A DNA stretch of 64,000 nucleotides from Laetmonice hystrix (lineage: Eukaryota), in the NCBI GenBank assembly GCA_965235115.1, contig OZ249440.1, forward strand, positions 13,206,001 through 13,270,000. The letters are read 5' to 3'. How positions within the stretch are numbered: position 1 is the first letter of the stretch; each line of letters begins with the position of its first letter. Shown piece after piece: positions 1 to 8,942 of this stretch. The notes below the pieces were generated by a model. That model saw only the letters and a list, made by a program, of their open reading frames with translations. It ran no database searches and was not told where the DNA came from. The translations under genes were made by a program, and so were the position numbers.

Positions 1-41
1 GCAGTGTTTGGCCTTTTTCATTGGACCAACCAGTTCAACCT
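1..41 (+). CDS. AUP1: AUP1 exon, partial (SVWPFSLDQPVQP)
   Basis: Frame 3 is open; donor GTGAGT at 42; phase 0. Confidence 0.8.
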
Positions 42-2667
42 GTGAGTCTGATTGAAATTGTCCTTGGTGTATCATTGTCATTTAAATGTTAAATTAGCTT
101 GAGATCTCTTGATGAAAAGCTTAAGTCCTGTCTTATTGAAAGAAAACATAACTTCTAGAACAGTTTTGTATAGATCTGATAGATAGGATATTCATAGGGC
201 ATCAAACAGTCAACACTGTAGCTCAAGTGTAACCATGTCTATATCCAACAAACCTATTCTCTGCCGAGTACGAAAGCAATACAAGATATAATGTCATTTC
301 TTCTCCTTGTGCAGATTCTAATAAAACTCTTCAGGCCTCCATTTGCCAAAGTAGCACCAGTGAGTACTAGTACTAGCATTTTACTCTTGAATCTCTCGAT
401 GACGAATATTCAACTTCACAGGGTTCTAAATGAATATGATAATACCGGCAGTATCTTCAATTTTCTGTGACTGTGGTATATGGTACTCTCAATTACCGGG
501 GGAGTGGGGTACTAACTTTAAAACTTTTTGCCCATTGTTTTCTGGTAGGCATTACAAATTAGCAACACTGAGAAACCAAAAATGAATTTAAACAGTGATT
601 TATTTGAGAACTTTTGTTTTGTCACAGTACATATTTTTCTCAAGCTAAACTATCGTGTAAACATTTCTGTTAGAAAGGTATCTAAAACTAAAAGCCTGTT
701 TATTCTTCAGTCTGTATTAGGAGGCCGATGGTGGATCGATATATTTTGGTTCCTTTTTGTGCCATATACTCACTTCAAAATTAGGTGAGTACAGAGGTAG
801 TCCACTAGGACTCTATAATGTCTTAATTGAAACCTGTTCCATAGTGAACCACTGCCAGGGCTGGTATGGACTGCCTCTTCAAATGACAAAAGTTGTTCTC
901 AATCATTTAGTGTGTGTCATAATCAGGTGGCAATGATGGTGATACCTCATATGTTTCCCTGGTGAAAACAAATTCTCAAGGTGTGAAATGGTAAAATATG
1001 CTGATTGCGATCTATTTATAGAGTGTTGCCACAACAGGAGCCTGAAGAAGGAGAGAGGGTGGAAGAATACACGCGGAGGATAGAACAGCTCATGGCACAA
1101 ACACAAAAAGTCTCCACTACACCACATACCAGCGCTGACAAAGTGGAATATGCAAAACGCCTGCTTTTTATACAACCACCACCAGGTTAACAATTATTAT
1201 CATTGTCAGTGGGCCATTATCACATATTTTTATACAACCACCACCAGGTTAACAATTATTATCATTGTCAATGAGCCATTATCACATATTTTTATACAAC
1301 CACCACCAGGTTAACAATTATTATCATTGTCAATGAGCCATTATCACATATTTTTATACAACCACCACCAGGTTAACACTTATTATCATTGTCAGTGGGC
1401 CATTATCACATATTTTTATACAACCACCACCAGGTTAACACTTATTATCATTGTCAGTGGGCCATTATCACATATTTTTATACAACCACCACCAGGTTAA
1501 CAATTATTATCATTGTCAGTGGGCCATTATCACATATTTTGGGATTATTTTCATTTAATTGAATTGTTTGTATTTTTCTTTGTACCAGTATAGTAAATGT
1601 TGACGGTAATTGTTGATAAATTATACACAAGTGATGACTGATTCAGTAACCTCTCATACGGGTTTCAGCCCCGAGAAGGCATGACGATGATGAGAATAGT
1701 GCCCTCAATGTGATGGCCAGACAAGTCAAGGACGTCCTGCCTCACGTTCCCATGGAAACCATTCGTAAAGATCTTGGTGGGTAATATAAGAAATTAGAAA
1801 TAGAACTCTAGAACGTGAAGCTGGATGCAAGTATTGTTTAGCTCTCAATAATCATCGCAGCCATTATGACCTGGCTGATTTTTTTTTTCAATGAATAGTT
1901 TTTTTTTAATAGAAAAAAAGTCCAGATTTGAGGTATTTACGAACTGTGGCGTCTTTAGATTTTTAAATGATACTGTATTTGTAGAAAACCATGATTAGCA
2001 TCAGAACAAGACTCCTCTACTCATGTTACACTCTTCAGCACATCCAGGGTCTGTGTAATGATAGCTTGAAAAATACAGGCAATATTTGGAGGTTTTTAAT
2101 ATGGCAGCATATGATTACAGTGATCACCAAGGATGTGGACCTTACTATTACTAACTTGGTGGAAGGCCGTATCCTGTTCACTCCCGAGAACAGCACCAAT
2201 ACCGGCCCCTCATCTAAAGTTGGACTCTCTCAACCCTCTTCGTCAGCCCAGGTGAGACTAGAACTTGCAGACACACTACTCAGATAGTTTACATCTAGCA
2301 CTCGCCAGATCTCTGTCTATATTCTGGTAGTCGTCACAAGGAAGGATAGCAGTATAAAATGAACCATTTTGTTAACTTAAGGTGTTCAATATGAACAGAT
2401 TTTCTATCATACTTTGAATTTCTGTAAAAGCCTGATTTCTTTTCCAAATAGGTACATTGAACCTCACTATTTCCTGCACTTTGATCACTTGTTTGTGAAG
2501 TTATACTGTAAAGTCCACTTTTACAGGGCCCTCGTCTTGCTAATACAGCAGCGAAAGCTTTCGCCCGGAATGCCAATGACCGCCAGATGTCACTAGCAGA
2601 TAGGAAACGGCTTCTACTTGATAATGCACGGCGACGATACATGGAAAAACATGGCCTCAAAAACTGA
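1..2667 (+). CDS. AUP1: Ancient ubiquitous protein 1 / lipid droplet-regulating VLDL assembly factor, 3' part (7 coding exons: <1-41, 315-359, 711-784, 1022-1185, 1669-1776, 2121-2251, 2527-2667)
   Basis: Exons joined by hand with GT-AG sites and compatible phases (0,0,2,1,1,0) give ...SVWPFSLDQPVQP-ILIKLFRPPFAKVAP-SVLGGRWWIDIFWFLFVPYTHFKIR-VLPQQEPEEGERVEEYTRRIEQLMAQ...SADKVEYAKR...MARQVKDVLPHVPMETIRKDL-VITKDVDLTITNLVEG...AFARNANDRQMSLADRKRLLLDNARRRYMEKHGLKN*. This follows the AUP1 motif order as I recall it (WPFS..VQP, LFVPFT, CUE domain VKEVLPHVP..DLTITNLLEG, C-terminal G2BR helix). The 5' end lies outside the window. Confidence 0.93.
315..359 (+). CDS. AUP1: AUP1 exon (ILIKLFRPPFAKVAP)
   Basis: Acceptor ttctccttgtgcag ends at 314; donor GTGAGT at 360; 45 nt, phase 0-0. 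Confidence 0.75.
711..784 (+). CDS. AUP1: AUP1 exon (SVLGGRWWIDIFWFLFVPYTHFKIR)
   Basis: Acceptor tttattcttcag ends at 710; donor GTGAGT at 785; phase 0-2. Confidence 0.88.
1022..1185 (+). CDS. AUP1: AUP1 exon (VLPQQEPEE...YAKRLLFIQPPP)
   Basis: Acceptor tctatttatag ends at 1021; weak donor GTTAAC at 1186, with in-frame TAA at 1188-1190 if unspliced; phase 2-1. Confidence 0.85.
1165..1540 (+). repeat. 62-bp minisatellite, 6 copies, spanning an AUP1 exon/intron junction
   Basis: ACCAGGTTAA recurs at 1181, 1243, 1305, 1367, 1429 and 1491. Confidence 0.97.
1669..1776 (+). CDS. AUP1: AUP1 exon, CUE domain N-half
   Basis: Acceptor ggtttcag ends at 1668; encodes APRRHDDDENSALNVMARQVKDVLPHVPMETIRKDL; donor GTGGGT at 1777; phase 1-1. 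Confidence 0.88.
2121..2251 (+). CDS. AUP1: AUP1 exon, CUE domain C-half and linker
   Basis: Acceptor attacag ends at 2120; encodes VITKDVDLTITNLVEGRILFTPE...SSSAQ; donor GTGAGA at 2252; phase 1-0. Confidence 0.9.
2527..2667 (+). CDS. AUP1: AUP1 terminal coding exon, G2BR (Ube2g2-binding) region
   Basis: Acceptor ttttacag ends at 2526; encodes GPRLANTAAKAFARNANDRQMSLADRKRLLLDNARRRYMEKHGLKN; stop TGA 2665-2667. Confidence 0.9.
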   Translation, partial: GPRLANTAAKAFARNANDRQMSLADRKRLLLDNARRRYMEKHGLKN

Positions 2668-2836
2668 TTCTTGCTGCAATGTTTCATCAGACTTTCCACC
2701 ACAGAAATTTACGTCAATCATTGTATAATGGAATCCAAGAGTGAGTTAAGTATGTGTCTCCAACTGGAAGAACTAGGTGATGATGTAGATACTGGGTGTG
2801 GGTAACGAACGTGGCTACCATTAGTCATGCGGTCCG

Positions 2837-2950
2837 TCGCTAGGTGGCGTAGTATGTTTCACTTCACTGGCGCTAGAGGGCGGAAGTGCGCGATAATACC
2901 CCAACAATACTCCAGGTGGCGTGACATGGATGGTTCACCATCTGGTGGAG
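2837..2950. promoter_or_regulatory. Cluster of four CTCF-like motifs plus an ETS core
   Basis: TCGCTAGGTGGCGT (2837), GGCGCTAGAGGGCGG (2869), ACTCCAGGTGGCGT (2909) on +; CTCCACCAGATGGTG on - (2936-2950); CGGAAGTG at 2881. Motif match only. Confidence 0.45.
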
Positions 2951-4933
2951 TTCACCACATTCAGATTATAGACGACCAGTGTCGGAGAAAACCCCCAAGA
3001 AAACCTAAAGCGGCAAGGTGTTCTAACTTCCTAGGTGTGCTTTATTATATAAGATTTTGATAGAGGTTAAGATCAAATATGAAACATCCTGTTTCAAAAC
3101 CTGCAGGTTGACTGTGTTTGGTGTGATTTGATACACAAAAAAAAGTTCGATACTGTGTCAGTATTTGATTAGGGCGTCAAACATGAAATGCTAGTCGTCA
3201 AGTGTCCCAGGAAGAATCTGGAAACTCTATTATAACAATCGCAGGTTAGTTTCTCGGTAAGCGTTCGTACATTTGTAATAATCAGAGACACAACCGGAGC
3301 CGAGTTTTTGAACAATTCATTTGACATTGAAGGGGATAAAGGATCTAGCTTCTTTCTTCCCCTCACAGAAAAGTAATCAATTTCACTGAATTCGGAATGC
3401 ATTGGTAATTGCCTTGATGTAAACAAATGGAATAAATAAGGAGCGAATGTGGTATCTGAGAGCTGTTTGTACGTATAACCTATTGAAAGGTGTAGAGAAA
3501 GCAGTTCAACCACCTTCAGTCATGACGTGCGGTAGGAGTTGATGTCAGAGGTGTGGTCTCGTATTGGACAGACACAACCACCCTCTGTACCGGCGGTGGG
3601 GCCCAGGATGGTAGGTTAGCCCTGCCAACTATTAAATCAATTCCAGTCAGACAATGCCAGAAGTTCTGTATAATATATTTGAGGGGTATGATCCGAGTAA
3701 ATTATACCTCCATGTCGTCATTGGCCGTAAACCCCGAGGTAAAATAATACAAAGGTCGATATTAAATCATGGTGGTGCTGGGACTATATTGTTAAGAATT
3801 TCATCGGAACTCGATTTGTTGATTGTGCCAGCGAAAATAAAATCTGTTTGTCCAAAGTCGGTGGAAAACATTTCCAGAGGACGTGAGGGGATGGAATGAT
3901 GCCCGAGTCGTCTGTAGATAGATCATCTTCACTATTTATATCGCGAGGAGATTCATTGTAACTCGCCACGAGACTTGGAGTGAAAACCAAATGGACGGAT
4001 GTCGACCTTTCTTACCCTTGGCACACATTTCCCAAACTTGACCAACATGACCGATGTGCAGGGCGAGCAGTGCCTGTATGACGTGTGTACCAGATACAAG
4101 TTGTCTGGACCAGGTGGGTAGGAACAGATGACATCCTGATATACCAACACCCCGACCCACCTTCAAACATCACCTACATCCTGATTAGGACATCCTGATC
4201 AGGACATCCTGATCAGGGAGTGTATCCTGTTAGTAGGGTTTCGATCATTACAATAAAATGTCTTTGTAACGCAACCACGGCGTCCCGTGTTTTATCCGTG
4301 AGATCGGTCAGAAGGTCGGACAGTTAAATGAGATTGCTGTACGTAAGGTGGCGCCACTGAGCTTGTCACGTGTAGAGGGGATTGAACTGACTGACATCAC
4401 CCCCACCCCTCACCGCCACGGACGCACTTTCCCAATATCGTATGCCCTTGTCAAGTTAATGCATACCCTCATATATATATATATTTTTATTCGTGAAAGT
4501 GTAACAATTATTTCGCTCAGTACACCTGTAGGCCTATCCATGTAACACCAGCTGTGTCCACCAAGTTCTGCTGGTCGCGGAATTAACTATATTCATGATT
4601 AGGTTTTTATATTGGCCTTTTTACGATACATCCAGTTTGAATAACACGACATGCTGCAGCTGATCAAGTAGGCCATGTCATCTTCATCCACGTTCCTCTC
4701 GTACTTGGGTGTCAGCTGAGCTCTAACAAAGTTAACTCCCGATTAACACGGGAGGGGGTGGGGATGTAACCCCCCCCCCCCATTTTCTTTTTAAATAAAA
4801 GGGGTCTCGGTTGTCAGCTTTGCCCGCGGAGCCCGTACCTGGTTCACGGCGGTCCTGTCCAATACGAATTTTACAACCCCTGCTCCTTCCCCATCTGCAC
4901 GAGGCCGTTAGAAGATGACGTTAAGACGCCTCT

Positions 4934-5022
4934 AAATGTCATGGCCGGAGGCAAGGCGTTTCGAAGTGGCTGCAGCTGACTTCACCAACCGGAGGACCCT
5001 CATCGTAACAGCCATGACATTT
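4934..5022. repeat. 12-bp perfect inverted repeat, possibly part of a non-autonomous DNA element
   Basis: AAATGTCATGGC (4934-4945) and GCCATGACATTT (5011-5022), followed by a CCT(T)AA(T)CC-rich tract to about 5160. Confidence 0.4.
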
Positions 5023-5235
5023 GGGGGCCAGAATTCCATAATCTATCACAGTTCGTAGCCCCAAATCTTAATCCTATAACTACTCAATCCTTTCTCACAT
5101 CTTCTCCAAAGCTAAGAGGTCTATCCATATTCCTATCCTTAATCCCCAACCCTTACCCCCCATTTCATGGGCATGGTACATTGGGGCAATACCCCCATCA
5201 ACCCCCACTCATCATGGACAGGACGTGGAGGTGCC

Positions 5236-5251
5236 GCGCCCCCTGGCGGCC
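5236..5251 (-). promoter_or_regulatory. Near-consensus CTCF motif
   Basis: The minus strand reads GGCCGCCAGGGGGCGC. Confidence 0.55.
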
Positions 5252-7128
5252 ATTTACCCCCCTTGCGGCGTCGATCGTTTATTGACGGTCAGAGAGTGTT
5301 CGACCACAAGGAGACGTAAACGATTTCAACAGAATCCAGACGTATTTTATAGGTCATCTGCCTTGGCCTTTGCCATGTCTGGCCTACAATTATAGTGTAG
5401 TCTAGGTTACAATAATACATGTATGCAGTCTTCCGTCGACGATAGTTTGAACGCTGGTCTACATGGAGTTAGGTACTAATGAAGCTTCCGATGGGGGATA
5501 GCCTCGGCGTGGAGTTAGGTAGTTGTGGAGGGGAGGGGGCGCCAGGTAATAATCGAATAATTAATTTAGGCCCCCTATTACCAGATTTCAAATCCTTCTG
5601 CGCCTCCTGCCCCTCCTGCGCCTCCTGGATCCGCCTCCTGCGCCCGCTGGATCCCCTCTGCCTATAATATTCTATGGCGAAATGATATATGATACATATT
5701 ACGAGGTTGTCTCATATTTACATATTAATGGAGTGGTATTTCTGAAGGCGGAGACAGTCCTGACTGTTCGTACATTGTGCACCCTCTGCAGGTCCCTTTT
5801 AGTGCACACCGTAGATCTACAACACGTTCGACATGGTCGTTACTTTACCATCCCCCAGACACTCGACCCGTTGCTTGCGCTGATACAGAACACCTATCAG
5901 CAACACTGAGTTGGTCGTTCTCATGTAGAGGCATTGATAACATTCACATCTACAGGCTGAATGATGCTTGCGTCTGCGTCGGGAGCCGGTTGGCGGGAAA
6001 CCAGCTCCCTTGCTAACGTTCGTCAATCATTGCGTATGAAGTACGCCTTTCATGGTCGATAAAGGTTGGCTCGTAATGTCCGACCTGTGCCGATAGTCAG
6101 AGGTGCATACACTTGACTCAATAGGCATCTGTAATCGCGGAACCATCAAACCGTGAGGCAGCTACTCGAAGAACGTGGTGATTTATAGCATTAATTTATG
6201 CCCTGATGGGTTAGCCGGACGCCCCTGATGCGGCGATATCCTCCCAACACTTACATGGCTCAGATGGCGGCGACCAGCAGTGGCCCGGATGTACACGGGT
6301 GACAAGGCTAATTGGAGCCGTGTGCTGAATGTCGTCTGCGTGACGTGACGTAAGGCGGCGTCCCGGGAGTTGCGCCAACTTACGGCTTCGTTTCATTAGG
6401 GCGCCCCTCGATGCGTGATGGGAGTCAAAGCACGACACCGTTCTTCTGGAGGTTGCTGTTTTTAAAACGCTCAGCATCTGTAGTTCAGAAGGTAGGTAAA
6501 CGCTGTGAATGCAGCTTGCTGCCGAATGGTTTCACCACCACTGTCTTTCTTCCTAAAAAGTGGTTACCCTTCTGTCAAGTTAAGTCTCGCTCGATAACAA
6601 CTAACGATGCATGGAAGCAATAGTAGTCATTTTAATGAGTTTGTAGCCAAAAAAGGGCAAGGTGGGTAAAATGGAGTATTATGTAGCGATACCGTTACAC
6701 ATAGATCTACTGCTTATATGGATCGGTATTTCTTACATGAATATCATTAAATGATATTGTTCCGATCTCTTACATCACAATGGCTTATATAATTGTAGGT
6801 GACAGGCCTACCTAGCTCCTTGAATGACAGTCATCAAAATTTAACTTCTTAATGACGTTAACAGTGACATAGGATTCATTAGGTACATCCAAGATACATT
6901 CTTAACAGTATCCCGGACTTCAGCTGCTCGTGACCAGAGAAGTCCTAATAACGGAGTATATAGTTGATGGAACCTCGGCGGGTCCCTGCACGGATCAACA
7001 ATGCAAACTCTAAGGCAGCTGTCCCCACTCCCATGTCTGCCAACAGGCACCTGGGCCATGTGGGATCCCCGTGCTCTGTTCGTGCTGCCTCACTCTGCCC
7101 ACGCTCTGCGTTAACGACACACATGCCC

Positions 7129-7180
7129 AGAGAGAGAGAGAGAGACAGACAAACGTGGAAGCAGAAGCAGCAGTAGCGGT

Positions 7181-7250
<70 letters not shown>
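7129..7250 (+). repeat. (AG)n at 7129-7145 and pure (GCA)23 at 7182-7250
   Basis: Read directly from the sequence. Confidence 0.98.
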
Positions 7251-7255
<5 letters not shown>

Positions 7256-7730
7256 AGAAGCAGAAACAGGAGGGGGAAGAGGAGGACAGATATAGGATCC
7301 TGCTGACCAGGAACCCATGCCGTCCGAGAAGTCTACTTTCATTCAGCAAACCGCTTATAGATCAACATGATTCCACGCGCGGTTATCAGCTACCCACGGA
7401 GAATTCCTCTGCTCTCAAAGTGTTGGCAGCAATTCGGAGAGCGCCGGAAAGCTTGGTGTTACCTTACCGCGGAGGACTGTGTTAATCAGTTGTTATAGCT
7501 ACCGGTACTCAAGTGAAAACCTATTAATGCGCGCGTGTGTCTGCTTCAACCGGAAGTTGTCATCGACTTCCCACCATTGTCGCTGAAACTGAAAACTCAT
7601 CAGTTTGCTCAGTTTCACTGTGTTGTCGCCACCGATTCTGACAAGCCAAGTGTGGGCGCCACGATTACACTCCGAGAAATCAACTCACTGGGGTGGATTT
7701 ATAACTGATACACCACCACAGAACAAGACC

Positions 7731-8942
7731 ATGACATCGTTAGACGAGGAAGACGTTCCACTTTTGGATAACGGAGAAGAATTAATGGACTTTTATTCTT
7801 CCTATTATGGCATAGATTTAAATCCAGAGAGAGAAACAGCAATGGCCATATACAGATATGGAACGCCCGTTCTCTTGGTTATAGGAACCGTTGGCAATAT
7901 TGTGAGCGCAATAATTCTATTCAAAATGTGCCAGAAGGTTTTGTCTACCTGTCTTTACTTGTTCGTGCTGACGTTGATAGATCTAATAGTTTTGTATGTC
8001 AGATGTGGCAATGACTGGTTACAAAACCTCGCTAGTGTCGATGTGCAGCGTCTGGCCATGTTTTCTTCCAACAGTGTTTGCAAGATTTTTCCGTTTGTGT
8101 CTAATTTTGCATTACATCTCAGCATATGGCTTCTCGTCGCTATGGTAACAGAAACCACCATTGTGACGTTGAGACGAGATCGTCTGCTGCGGGCATGCGT
8201 ACTGGAGCGTGCCAAGGCGGTGATTTTGCTGATAATTGTTTTACTTGTGTGTATCAACGCCCATTGCTTTTGGACTTTTGCCCTTGAGGAGGACGAAAAG
8301 AGTGGACTGCCAGGGGAAATAATCTGCACGAACGCTCGGCAAGGTCATGTGAACGAAACCTTCCGACGTGTCGTCTGGCCAATCATTGACATGATCGTGG
8401 CGGATCTGTTTCCTTTCTTCACGATCTTCGCTTGTACTGTCATCATCATAACACGGCGGGCCCGAGGGAAGGAATTCACTCGCGAAACTCAAAACATCTG
8501 GAAGTCGTACCCTCTGGACGCACCGGCCGCCAGGGACTTCCAGACCACCATTCTGGTTATCTGTATCTTTTATCTCATTCTCATGCTGCCCAAATTTGCG
8601 TGTGATATATTCCAGTTTTTGGTCGACCCCAACGCGCTGGCGCTGGTGGAATGGTCGCTAATCCTGGACGCTAAGACAACTCTTGGGCAGGCGGTGTGCT
8701 CCCTACTACACTACACGTGTTTGGCATCCAAGTTCTTTGTCTATCTGAGCTCCCGTAAATTCAGAGGAGAACTCAAGATACTCATAACATGCCGTGTTTG
8801 TAGAAAGAGTCCTCCTAAAAGAGGTCCGCCAACAGCAAGCCCACGGGCCAGCAATCGGTGTCTTCTCACTGACGATAAGAGGCAGGAAAAACTGTCGGTC
8901 AATACCCCAGAAAAAAAACCGTTCGCAATTACGTCAGTTTGA
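7731..8942 (+). CDS. Class A (rhodopsin-like) GPCR, 403 aa, FMRFamide-receptor/GPR139-142-like invertebrate type, single coding exon
   Basis: Seven hydrophobic segments; TM1 GTVGN, TM2 LYL..L..ID, TM3 Cys (VCKI) with an ECL2 Cys, TM5 WP..D....LFPF, TM6 Pro (LMLP), helix 8 KFRGEL. First ATG at 7731 follows a possible acceptor (cacag, about 7721); the track start at 7605 is TTG. Confidence 0.92.
   Translation: MTSLDEEDVPLLDNGEELMDFYSSYYGIDLNPERETAMAIYRYGTPVLLVIGTVGNIVSAIILFKMCQKVLSTCLYLFVLTLIDLIVLYVRCGNDWLQNLASVDVQRLAMFSSNSVCKIFPFVSNFALHLSIWLLVAMVTETTIVTLRRDRLLRACVLERAKAVILLIIVLLVCINAHCFWTFALEEDEKSGLPGEIICTNARQGHVNETFRRVVWPIIDMIVADLFPFFTIFACTVIIITRRARGKEFTRETQNIWKSYPLDAPAARDFQTTILVICIFYLILMLPKFACDIFQFLVDPNALALVEWSLILDAKTTLGQAVCSLLHYTCLASKFFVYLSSRKFRGELKILITCRVCRKSPPKRGPPTASPRASNRCLLTDDKRQEKLSVNTPEKKPFAITSV

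Noticed and set aside
3160-4170. Cluster of short ORFs as a decayed element
   Set aside because: Hand translation of the minus frames gave no RT, integrase, transposase or other motif that I could support.
4349-4355. TGGCGCC as a retroviral primer-binding site after an LTR-like stretch with AATAAA
   Set aside because: No TG...CA LTR end, no second LTR, and no gag/pol motifs downstream.
6945-7349. Poly-Ala and poly-Cys ORFs
   Set aside because: Products of the (GCA)n and (AG)n microsatellites.
7605-7730. 42-aa N-terminal extension of the GPCR in the ORF track
   Set aside because: It starts at TTG; the first ATG is at 7731, just after a plausible splice acceptor.
7955-8492. Minus-strand ORFs of 124 and 83 aa
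   Set aside because: Antisense shadows of the GPCR coding sequence.
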